Below are positions 46,116 to 54,741 of a stretch of DNA of 64,000 nt, one piece after another; positions within the stretch are counted from its first letter, which is position 1; every line of letters starts with the position of its first letter. A model generated the notes under the pieces. The model was not told the DNA's origin. It saw only the letters and a list, made by a program, of their open reading frames with translations, and searched no databases. Where the stretch lies: positions 124,001 to 188,000 of the IMG/VR virus record IMGVR_UViG_3300042566_001780; one strand, 5' to 3'. The translations under genes were made by a program, and so were the position numbers.

Positions 46116-47615
46116 ATGAAATTGAAAGAACTATTAGAATCATATGATGAATTTGACTTTTCTACCAAAGAAGGTATTTCTAATTGGCTAAAAGAAAAAG
46201 GCAACAGAATTGGCAATTACACTATACACGATGATTTGAGTGTATCATTCCATAGCACTGTTTATTGGCATTGGCTGGATGGGATTACTAAATTACCATT
46301 CAAAATTCGCGATGTTAATGGCACCTTTGAGCTCAATGACGTTCCATTAACTACCCTGGAAAATTTTCCAGATAACGCTAATACAATCCATCTTGAAAGT
46401 CTTGATATTGAAGACTTGACAGGAATTACCCAAACAGCAGAACGATATATTATCAAACACTGCCCTAATTTGAAAAGTCTAGATGGATTGCCGCCTCATG
46501 TAGAAGGCCTAGACCAATGGGCTGGAGTGTTTATTCATAATTCTGGAGTTGAAAGTTTAAGCGGAAGTCCAAGCACAATAAACGGCGATTTTGTTGTAAT
46601 TCGATGCAAATTGAAGTCACTCAAATACGGTCCCAGAGAAGTAACTGGTGAATATGACGTTGAATATAACCAGTTAGAATCGCTGAAACACAGCCCAAGA
46701 GCAGCAAGCCAACTATTAGTCGGATATAACAAAATAACATCTCTTAAGGGATGCACACCTGGTATTACTGTATTGAATATTGAGGGAAATCCAATATCTT
46801 CACTAGATGGATTGCCGGAATCTCTACATAATGATGGTATCGTGTATGCCGAGAGGACAAATATCAGTGATGAAGAAATAGCAAAATACCCAAATGGATT
46901 CTTCATCAAAGATCATGGAATGTTTGTTGCTGAAGGATGGAAAGAAAAAGCGCAAGTTGCGGGCGCAGCGGCATTAATGGCTACTGCTCTATTGGTGAAT
47001 CGCGGACCAGAGGAAGCCCCAAGTGATAGGGCAATTGCAGGAAAAATTGATCATTCTAACATTTCTGTAGAAAAACCAAAATTGAATAACAAATCGTCTG
47101 TCTTTAGTGGTTCAGCTAAAGTTCTTTATGATGAAGCGAAGAAGCAGGGTATACGCGGGGCAGAATTGATTCAATTGATTGCGCAATCTGCACATGAGAC
47201 TGCAAATTTTGGTAAGCTTATTGAGATGGGTAGTAAGGATTATTTCAAGAAATATGATCCCAAACATAACCCAAGGAAAGCCGAAATACTTGGAAATACT
47301 AAGGTTGGAGATGGTGAAAAATTTAAAGGTCGCGGTTTTCTCCAATTAACGGGTCGTGATGTTTATATGCGAGCTGGAAAAGCTTTAGGATTGCCACTAG
47401 AAGAGAAACCGGAATTGTTAGAAGATCCAAAGATTGGTGCTAAAGCGTCAATTTGGTTCTGGAAAACCAGGGTTCAGCCAAAGGTCAAAGATTTCTCTGA
47501 CGTTGAAGAAGTCACCCAATACATTAACCCGGGATTAAAGGGGTTATCTGATCGACAAAAGAAATTTCGAGAATTTTCTAATCTCTATAATCTAGAAACA
47601 AAAAAGTCAAAATGA
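46116..47615 (+). CDS. LRR protein 5 fused to a GH19 (chitinase/lysozyme) domain
   Basis: MKLKELLES; LRR units; hydrophobic linker; QSAHETANF, FKGRGFLQLTGR, ASIWFW, VTQYINPG GH19 motifs. Confidence 0.85.
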   Translation: MKLKELLESYDEFDFSTKEGISNWLKEKGNRIGNYTIHDDLSVSFHSTVYWHWLDGITKLPFKIRDVNGTFELNDVPLTTLENFPDNANTIHLESLDIEDLTGITQTAERYIIKHCPNLKSLDGLPPHVEGLDQWAGVFIHNSGVESLSGSPSTINGDFVVIRCKLKSLKYGPREVTGEYDVEYNQLESLKHSPRAASQLLVGYNKITSLKGCTPGITVLNIEGNPISSLDGLPESLHNDGIVYAERTNISDEEIAKYPNGFFIKDHGMFVAEGWKEKAQVAGAAALMATALLVNRGPEEAPSDRAIAGKIDHSNISVEKPKLNNKSSVFSGSAKVLYDEAKKQGIRGAELIQLIAQSAHETANFGKLIEMGSKDYFKKYDPKHNPRKAEILGNTKVGDGEKFKGRGFLQLTGRDVYMRAGKALGLPLEEKPELLEDPKIGAKASIWFWKTRVQPKVKDFSDVEEVTQYINPGLKGLSDRQKKFREFSNLYNLETKKSK

Positions 47616-47654
47616 GTTAGAATGAATAGAGTTTTTGTGAAGGTTCTATTCAAC

Positions 47655-48296
47655 ATGTCAGATCAATTGATTTCTTTGGAATTAACTGCGCAACAGTTTT
47701 ATCATTCAAAGTTCAACACATATCACAATTGGGAGCATATTTCTTATGTGCTTTCCCAATATAGAGCAATCTTCAAAAAAGATCCAAGCAAGACAGAATT
47801 TGCAGCCATTCTGTTTCACGATTGCATCTATGTACCAGGTTCTCCTCATGGAGTCAATGAAATGCTGAGTGCGATAACTGCATGTAAAGTTGTCAAGTTC
47901 TCAAACTTCAAAGACATTGATGTAGAGTTGTTAGAGAAAATTATTCTGGCTACGAAGGTCCAAAATTATTTAGATCCTGGATTCTATGATGAAGATTGCA
48001 ATCGCGTGCTGGATGCAGATGTCGCGTCGCTAGCTGCACCGTATGAAGATTTTTTGCAAAACAATGCAAATATCATTTTTGAGAATCATGGGCCCGTTCG
48101 ATTTGGGTATGAAATGGATATTTGCAGTTATGCTTCTGTTGAATTTCTGTTGAAACTTAGTTCAAGATTATACATTTACAGAACTCAAGAAGCGCGAGAA
48201 TTACTTGAGGAAAAAGCACGCGACAATATTGACAGGTTTAAACGAAATCCAAGAGACATCAATAGCTATTTGATTAAGTCTTCAGATTTTTGCTAA
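47655..48296 (+). CDS. HD-superfamily metal-dependent phosphohydrolase
   Basis: YHNWEHI...AILFHDCIY...LDADVASL; start moved to ATG 47655. Confidence 0.8.
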   Translation: MSDQLISLELTAQQFYHSKFNTYHNWEHISYVLSQYRAIFKKDPSKTEFAAILFHDCIYVPGSPHGVNEMLSAITACKVVKFSNFKDIDVELLEKIILATKVQNYLDPGFYDEDCNRVLDADVASLAAPYEDFLQNNANIIFENHGPVRFGYEMDICSYASVEFLLKLSSRLYIYRTQEARELLEEKARDNIDRFKRNPRDINSYLIKSSDFC

Positions 48297-48299
48297 TTT

Positions 48300-48623
48300 C
48301 TAGCAATCTTCTCCATTTGGTATGTTTTGATCATGCCACTCCCCTTCAATGCAATGCCTGATTTCGTGCAGAAGGCATCTAGGGTAATTTCGCAAATTAA
48401 TTATGCAAATTTTTTGTTGATTGACATCTATTAATCTAGCGGATCCTTGAATTTGGGGATTATTGAATCTACTAGGATCGGAATGAATAATTAGCCTGAA
48501 ATCGGAATGAACGATTTCGGGTTTTTTACTGGCACTGAATTGCGAATGACCAGTGCCCGCGCATGCAGTCAGAAGCACAATGAATAGAACAGATATGAAA
48601 TAATTCATAGGTGGGAATAGCAT
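48300..48623 (-). CDS. Small lipoprotein
   Basis: Lipobox LLTAC; HEIRH (HExxH-like) near the C-terminus. Confidence 0.6.
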   Translation of the reverse strand: MLFPPMNYFISVLFIVLLTACAGTGHSQFSASKKPEIVHSDFRLIIHSDPSRFNNPQIQGSARLIDVNQQKICIINLRNYPRCLLHEIRHCIEGEWHDQNIPNGEDC

Positions 48624-48714
48624 TTTGTTGATTATTTAGCCTCGAATCATCCTAAAATCATTTTCTTCTATATTTGCATTTTTGATACAATGTTTTCTCT
48701 ATAAGGAGAAATCA

Positions 48715-49113
48715 GTGTCATTTAACATCAACACACAAACGATTAACGTCTCAAAATCTGAATTGCTTAAGATCATGAAGCAAAACCTTGAACAGCATAA
48801 GGTTGAGTTTCAAGAAGCAGTGAAAGATTTTCATCAACGTCTTCAAGAAGATTTGAAACTTGCTCTTAAGAAAGTTTCAAAGATTGAAGATCCCCAACAA
48901 TTGAAGCAGTTCAAATTCAATGTGGCATTTCCAGAAAATCATGAAGAAGATTATCGTCAAGTAATTGAAATGCTTGAAATGTCGGTTGACGAAACCATTC
49001 AACTGGATACTCGCACATTCAAAGCGTATGTCAAGAATGAGTGGGAATGGAAAATGCGATTCAAGTCACTGACTGAAGTTTATAAGACTGCCGGGTCTTC
49101 ACTGTCTCTGTGA
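48715..49113 (+). CDS. Hypothetical protein
   Basis: RBS AAGGAG before GTG 48715. Confidence 0.7.
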   Translation: MSFNINTQTINVSKSELLKIMKQNLEQHKVEFQEAVKDFHQRLQEDLKLALKKVSKIEDPQQLKQFKFNVAFPENHEEDYRQVIEMLEMSVDETIQLDTRTFKAYVKNEWEWKMRFKSLTEVYKTAGSSLSL

Positions 49114-49607
49114 GGACGACACCTTTAGTTCGAGATGAGGTCATTCCCATCTCGAATACTGCTTTATTGAAGGTAGCCGAGTTGAAAGACAAAGAATCCC
49201 TTTTACTCGGTCATCTTGCCCAATTCACACACGATGAATGTTTCCAAAATGCTGGTTGGAAAATCATTCCGAGTGAACCAAGAGCGCTATATGACCGAGA
49301 ATTAGTCGGATCTGATTTATTACAAGATGATAAAATTGCTACCTTCATGACACAAAATGGAAAGCTGTCATTGAACCACACGATTACCCACGATGAATAT
49401 AACTTTTGGGTCAATAGATTAAGATCCGGATTAGACACAATAATCCAAAGTTTCGAATTTACAGATAACACATATTCTGCGATTCGATATAAAGGTGCAA
49501 TTTCGTTTAGATTATTGTACGCAGCCAGAGATCTTGGAATAAGAGCAGGAATAAGCTCTTACTTTTTTAACCGAGAATTAGCTTACACATTCAACTTGAA
49601 GGAATGA
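49110..49607 (+). CDS. Hypothetical protein
   Basis: GTGA overlap with the previous stop. Confidence 0.6.
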   Translation: MRTTPLVRDEVIPISNTALLKVAELKDKESLLLGHLAQFTHDECFQNAGWKIIPSEPRALYDRELVGSDLLQDDKIATFMTQNGKLSLNHTITHDEYNFWVNRLRSGLDTIIQSFEFTDNTYSAIRYKGAISFRLLYAARDLGIRAGISSYFFNRELAYTFNLKE

Positions 49608-50113
49608 AAATTATGGATCAACACGACCACTCTTTTAATGGTATTTCTGAAGATGATCTGATGTCTCTCGATGATTCGTTGGATTTAGATATGGCATTCA
49701 ACACTGATCCATTTCCTGATTGGGTCTATGATATTGCCTGCATGCATCGCAAGTTTGGCGTCAATGAAATTGTACGTGGATTTGATCCAGAAAAGCTGAA
49801 GAAGTTTATTGAATTCCGAATCAAGTTTCTTGAAGAAGAACTTAATGAATCGAAAATTGCAATGGACCAACAAAAGTATGATGACTTTGTTGATGCCATG
49901 ATTGATCTTTGTGTGGTAGCAATTGGCACGCTAAATGCACTGGATGTAGATGCATATACAGCATGGGATCGTGTTCATAAGGCAAATATGTCTAAGCAGC
50001 CGGGGATTAAGCCTGGTCGAGTTAATCCACTTGGCTTGCCCGATTTGATAAAGCCGGAAGGGTGGCAAGCGCCAGAACATACTGATAACATCGGGCTAAT
50101 GAGCAAACTGTGA
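49604..50113 (+). CDS. MazG-like / all-alpha NTP pyrophosphohydrolase
   Basis: FLEEELNE...FVDAMIDLCVVAIG...VHKANMSK...LIKPEGWQAP. Confidence 0.8.
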   Translation: MKIMDQHDHSFNGISEDDLMSLDDSLDLDMAFNTDPFPDWVYDIACMHRKFGVNEIVRGFDPEKLKKFIEFRIKFLEEELNESKIAMDQQKYDDFVDAMIDLCVVAIGTLNALDVDAYTAWDRVHKANMSKQPGIKPGRVNPLGLPDLIKPEGWQAPEHTDNIGLMSKL

Positions 50114-50117
50114 TTTT

Positions 50118-50145
50118 AAAAAGGCATTCATATGAATGCCTTTTT
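50118..50145. terminator. Perfect palindromic terminator
   Basis: AAAAAGGCATTCAT|ATGAATGCCTTTTT. Confidence 0.75.
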
Positions 50146-50182
50146 TGCTAAATAGTTCATTGAACATTATCGATTTAGTAAA

Positions 50183-51040
50183 ATGCGCACACTCCCGATA
50201 TTATCCATAGTCCACACACCAGTTGCAGGTCCTGCATATATTGAGGTAGCTGGGGATTTTACCTCATTGTTCCATGGTAAAGAATGGATTAACCCATCTA
50301 CGCTTGCCAGATATCCGTTTTACACGTACACTGCGGCACCGTATGGAATAAAGTTGCTGACTGCTACAACGTTTTCACTAAATGAAAATGAGTTATACGA
50401 CGGCAACTATGTGGTGTACACAAAAACATCAGCATCAGATTTTGAGCCCGTTGAATTTGTTGGTGGAAATACACGAATACGTGTTATACAGACAATAAGT
50501 ACCGATGGAGCAGGCTCTCAGTTAACAACTGGTACAGTTTACAATATTTCAACATATTTGTTGAGCATTGCAGATGAATCTGATAAGCTAGTCCTAGAAA
50601 CACAGTATGATAATGATCGCCCTCTAGAATTGGTTGGGCGAAATTTTTCTGGTTGGGGAGAGATTCTTCATCAAAACCAAATAAGATTAGCTCAAAATTT
50701 TGCATCAGACACTGCGCCAACAAACCCCTTCACCGGTCAACTTTGGTTCAATAGTACATCAAACGTGCTTTCAATATATAATGGTTCATGGTTGCCAGTG
50801 AACGTGGCCATTGTTGGATTAATGTATCGGCACACCCAAGTAACACCCCAGTTGATTTGGACAATCAACCACAATTTGGGCGAGCGCATCGTGGACATAC
50901 AAGTATTCAAAAATACAGGTTTGGCTGCCCCAAATGATGTAAAATTAATATTTCCAAATGATGTGACATTCAACAGTGCGACTCAAGTAACAGTGACATT
51001 CTCGAATGCTGAGAGTGGGTATGCTATAATTAGAGGATGA
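50183..51040 (+). CDS. Virion structural protein (baseplate wedge-like)
   Basis: Late promoter at 50148; LVGRNFSGWGE...QNFA...PTNPFTGQLWF; WTINHNLG. Confidence 0.65.
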   Translation: MRTLPILSIVHTPVAGPAYIEVAGDFTSLFHGKEWINPSTLARYPFYTYTAAPYGIKLLTATTFSLNENELYDGNYVVYTKTSASDFEPVEFVGGNTRIRVIQTISTDGAGSQLTTGTVYNISTYLLSIADESDKLVLETQYDNDRPLELVGRNFSGWGEILHQNQIRLAQNFASDTAPTNPFTGQLWFNSTSNVLSIYNGSWLPVNVAIVGLMYRHTQVTPQLIWTINHNLGERIVDIQVFKNTGLAAPNDVKLIFPNDVTFNSATQVTVTFSNAESGYAIIRG

Positions 51041-51045
51041 AGTCG

Positions 51046-51146
51046 CCAGTTTTTTCTGCACCACTTTTTTCTGCACATTTATTTTTACGCCAGTTTTTTC
51101 TGCACCAGTTTTTCTGCAAAATAATTTTTACACCAGTTTTTTCTGC
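51046..51146 (+). repeat. Five intergenic direct repeats CCA(G/C)T5-6CTGC(A)
   Basis: Copies at 51046, 51061, 51090, 51105 and 51133. Confidence 0.85.
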
Positions 51147-51157
51147 TTTAGATTTTT

Positions 51158-51790
51158 ATGAACATCTTTGCACTTCACCAAGATCCAGTTCTTGCTTCAC
51201 GGTACCATCTTGACAAGCATGTAGTCAAGATGATTACAGAGTATAATCAAATCGCTTCTACTGCGCATCGGGTCATTGATGGTGTTCCGGTTGAACTTCG
51301 AGTCAATAATCGCAAACGTAATACATTTGTATTCAAAGATGAAGTTGTGAATATCGTTGAGAAAAATGGCCGGCAAGTTCTTGATCTGCAGCCATTTACT
51401 TGTTATGTTGCAAGTCACATCAATCACCCTTCATCAAAGTGGGCTCGCACTACAAAAGAGAACTATCTTTGGCTAGTTGAATTGATTACTGCCCTTCATG
51501 CAGAATTTGAATTTCGATATGGCAAAGAACATGGTGGCAAAAAGCTGCTTCCCTTTCTCAGCAATGCACCAAAAAATCTGAAGTCGTCTATTCTTACCCC
51601 ATTTGCACAAGCAATGCCTAATGAATACCAAAATGAAAATGATCCAATTGCTGCATACCGTGCTTTCTACCTTGGGAGTAAAAAGAGATTTGCAACCTGG
51701 ACAAAACGAGAAGTCCCAGATTGGTTTGCAGCAGGACTTAAGCCCGATGAAAGCGTCATCGATTTCCAAAGAGTCCGTAACAGCCATTGA
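51158..51790 (+). CDS. Pyrimidine-dimer DNA glycosylase-like protein
   Basis: MNIFALHQDP...DKHVVKMITEYNQ...HINHPSSKW...PFAQAMP...AYRAFY. Confidence 0.75.
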   Translation: MNIFALHQDPVLASRYHLDKHVVKMITEYNQIASTAHRVIDGVPVELRVNNRKRNTFVFKDEVVNIVEKNGRQVLDLQPFTCYVASHINHPSSKWARTTKENYLWLVELITALHAEFEFRYGKEHGGKKLLPFLSNAPKNLKSSILTPFAQAMPNEYQNENDPIAAYRAFYLGSKKRFATWTKREVPDWFAAGLKPDESVIDFQRVRNSH

Positions 51791-51977
51791 AGATCGGTTA
51801 AAAATTGTAGAAGCTACAAGAAAAAATCTCACAAAAAAATCTGATTTTTATCGAGGGCTTTTCCAAACAAATCAAGCTGCACTTTCAGCAGTGTATAATC
51901 AACTTATAGCAGAAGAAATTTTACTTACAGTTGAACGAGACACTATTTTGGAATTGCTAAAAAATGAAAAATACTAA
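51747..51977 (+). CDS. Small hypothetical protein
   Basis: ATG 51747 after AGGA; overlaps both neighbours. Confidence 0.45.
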   Translation: MKASSISKESVTAIEDRLKIVEATRKNLTKKSDFYRGLFQTNQAALSAVYNQLIAEEILLTVERDTILELLKNEKY

Positions 51978-52530
51978 AGAAATTTTTGTTGTTGATCTTG
52001 AAGCTACTTGCTGGGAAACAAAGCAAGAACAAGGTTACAAACCGAATGAAATCATTGAGATCGGCATTTGCAAAGTTGATCTTGAAAGTGAAGAAGTTCA
52101 CCAAGCACAATCTTGGATTGTCAAACCTAGGTTCACAGAAGTAAGTCCATTCTGTACGCAGTTGACCACTTTGACTCAAGATGTAGTCAACAATGGTTTT
52201 GACATTGTTGATGCGCTAAGAGAAATCAAGCAAGTCTACTCCTTGACTCGAGAAGACATTTGGTGTAGTTGGGGACAATACGATAGGAATAAGCTTTCCA
52301 ATCAAGGTGGTGGTTCTCTACGAGCAATTTATGGTCATGAGATTGATTCTATCTTTGCTCAAATGGAACATTTTAACTTAAAGACACTGTTTGCTCTTCA
52401 GCGCAAGGTCCCACCCTGTGGAATGGCAAAAGCTCTTCAAATTTGTAAGTTGCCACTTATTGGCACCCATCATCGTGGCGATGACGATGCTCATAACATT
52501 GGTCGAATTGCATTGCAAATGTTCAAGTGA
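51964..52530 (+). CDS. DEDDh 3'-5' exonuclease (ERI-1/KapD-like)
   Basis: VVDLEATCW, EIIEIG, SWGQYD, GTHHRGDDDA. Confidence 0.9.
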   Translation: MKNTKEIFVVDLEATCWETKQEQGYKPNEIIEIGICKVDLESEEVHQAQSWIVKPRFTEVSPFCTQLTTLTQDVVNNGFDIVDALREIKQVYSLTREDIWCSWGQYDRNKLSNQGGGSLRAIYGHEIDSIFAQMEHFNLKTLFALQRKVPPCGMAKALQICKLPLIGTHHRGDDDAHNIGRIALQMFK

Positions 52531-52551
52531 TCTAAAAATCTAAATGACACC

Positions 52552-52574
52552 AGGGCTCCGTAGGAGCCCTTTTT
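52552..52574 (+). terminator. Intrinsic terminator
   Basis: AGGGCTCC-GTA-GGAGCCCT-TTTT. Confidence 0.8.
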
Positions 52575-52821
52575 CTTGTCTGTGTGAAACTCATTATGGC
52601 GCAATTTTGGGTGTCCCTGAGTGCTTCTGGTGACTTCTAGCAATAGCGCTAAATTAGCTTGGTCTATTGCATCTCTTCTCAAAAGCTTCTTATTTGCAAC
52701 TGCTCAGCACTAAAGCTTATTTGCCCCATAATGCCTATAAATTGCGCGCACAGCTTATGGCATAGCCTTTTTCTCTTTCTCTCAAGTTCATTCTTCTAAA
52801 TAGACTATTGAAGAACTGTGT

Positions 52822-54735
52822 TTGTCGTCAAACAAAGAGAAGGTTATTGCGATCATGGCATCAAATGAAATCAACCAACTTACTACCCATGACTTATGGG
52901 TAGAAGCAAGAAAATTTAACTTAAGTATTACAAGACCAACATCAAATACTATTCAACTATCTATTCGCAAGCCAGTTAGTGATGGTCCTGTTGATGGTGC
53001 AGTCTTAACCTTAAGTGATCATCCTATTACTGCTACTGAGTATCCTGAAGATGGGACTCAGTATACCGGTGGATCTCTAGTATTTGGGCAAACTGGAGTT
53101 CAAAAGATAGGTAGAGCTCAAGTCATTTCATTCTGGTCAACCTTCTTTCAAGTTCCATTCCCTTCCGGGACAATTTCATCAGATGGAATGATAGAGTGGA
53201 CTGTCACAGTAACTGGTACTAACCCATCTGCGACATACTATGCATCTATTCATGCGTGCACCAATATTCTTCAGTACTACCCAATTGGTATTCAATCATA
53301 TCCTTTGGAAAGTTCACGCGTCGAAAAAGATTCTTCTGCATATACAGGATCTATTCCTACACTTCCGTCTGCACCAACGTCCCCAACACCTGGGATGGTG
53401 TATCATGATCTTCAACTAAACTCGGTTCAATATTGGGATGATACTCGTTCTGTATGGGTGCCCACCCGCTCAGATACTATTACGACTGGGCCTATCAATC
53501 CAGGAATTCCTGGCCAAACTTATCTATTTTCTCCAGCAACTACACTAAAGGTTTTTAATGGAAAAGAATGGACGATAGCTTCATCCACGAATCTACAACT
53601 TAAAACGAGTCCTACTCAATGGACAAATATGGGATCAGTAACATCTGGTACAAAATTTCCAGAAACGCCTAATGTAGCAGACTTCTTCTATGATTTTACG
53701 AGTCAAAGAATTCAATTTTGGGATGGCGCAGCTTGGCAGATTCCAACTACAAGCAATACCTTGTTTAATACAGGAAGTTCAATCGTGCCTGCATTTGCTG
53801 GCAACTTTACTGTAGAACCAATTGATTTTGTCAATCCATATGTGGGCCTACTTTTCTACAATACGTCCCAGAAAATTCTGAATGTGTGGAATGGTACCTC
53901 TTGGCAACAAGCAAATACATCCCAACAGGGTACACCCACTACTGACAAAATCCGAATTGGCAATGATGGTTCTTATGACGAACGTCTGCGTCTAATTCGC
54001 GTCATCAAATCAGAATTTGGATGGCCCAATTCCTGTATTGAGTTAACTGAAGATAATTTCAACACAGCTATTGATAATGCGCTTGAGACATATCGCCAAC
54101 TTTCTGCTGGTGCTTATGAAAAACGGTATATCCTACAGACGTTAGTTACAGATCAGCAAACTTACTATCTCAATAACCCAGTAGACGAGACTGACAGGAT
54201 AGTTACAGTTCAGAAAATTCACAGATTGAATATTCTGGGTGCTAATTCTATGAATTGGGACACTAACGTTTACTTCCAAACTTTCCTATCTCAGTTCTAT
54301 AGTTCTGGATACACTGACATTCTGTCTATCCATTTGATGCATTCTTTAAGTGAAGAATTCCAAAGAATCTTTGCAGGTGAAATGACATTTTTGTGGAATG
54401 AAGCCCGAAGAGAATTAATGATCACCCGCCGAGTAGCTAGAAATGAGAAAGTCGTTCTTGAAGTAGATCTTGAGAGAACTGAGCAGGAACTCCTACTCGA
54501 TCGATATGCAAAGCAATTTATTCAGCAATATGCTACTGCCACAGTCAAAGAGATGCTCGGATTACTTCGTTCAAAATATTCAAGTGGTACTCCAGGTCCT
54601 GCTGGTACTATCACATTGAATGGTGATACCTTGATTGCTGAAGCTCGCCAAGATTTTGCAGAACTCAAAGAAGCACTTTTAAATTGGGAATATCAAAGTG
54701 CTGCAATGGGCAATGTGTCAATGATATTTGGGTAA
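52822..54735 (+). CDS. Neck protein (T4 gp13-like C-terminal domain) with N-terminal beta-repeat extension; start may be 52855
   Basis: IKSEFGWP...IELTEDNFNTAIDNAL...ITLNGDTLIAEARQD; GxxYxD repeats upstream; late promoter at 52796. Confidence 0.75.
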   Translation: MSSNKEKVIAIMASNEINQLTTHDLWVEARKFNLSITRPTSNTIQLSIRKPVSDGPVDGAVLTLSDHPITATEYPEDGTQYTGGSLVFGQTGVQKIGRAQVISFWSTFFQVPFPSGTISSDGMIEWTVTVTGTNPSATYYASIHACTNILQYYPIGIQSYPLESSRVEKDSSAYTGSIPTLPSAPTSPTPGMVYHDLQLNSVQYWDDTRSVWVPTRSDTITTGPINPGIPGQTYLFSPATTLKVFNGKEWTIASSTNLQLKTSPTQWTNMGSVTSGTKFPETPNVADFFYDFTSQRIQFWDGAAWQIPTTSNTLFNTGSSIVPAFAGNFTVEPIDFVNPYVGLLFYNTSQKILNVWNGTSWQQANTSQQGTPTTDKIRIGNDGSYDERLRLIRVIKSEFGWPNSCIELTEDNFNTAIDNALETYRQLSAGAYEKRYILQTLVTDQQTYYLNNPVDETDRIVTVQKIHRLNILGANSMNWDTNVYFQTFLSQFYSSGYTDILSIHLMHSLSEEFQRIFAGEMTFLWNEARRELMITRRVARNEKVVLEVDLERTEQELLLDRYAKQFIQQYATATVKEMLGLLRSKYSSGTPGPAGTITLNGDTLIAEARQDFAELKEALLNWEYQSAAMGNVSMIFG

Positions 54736-54741
54736 TCAATT

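Noticed and set aside
52530-52820. Intergenic region with short AAAGCTT(C)TTATTTGC duplication and a 63-aa minus-strand ORF
   Set aside because: Only two imperfect copies and no coding signal; too weak to call.
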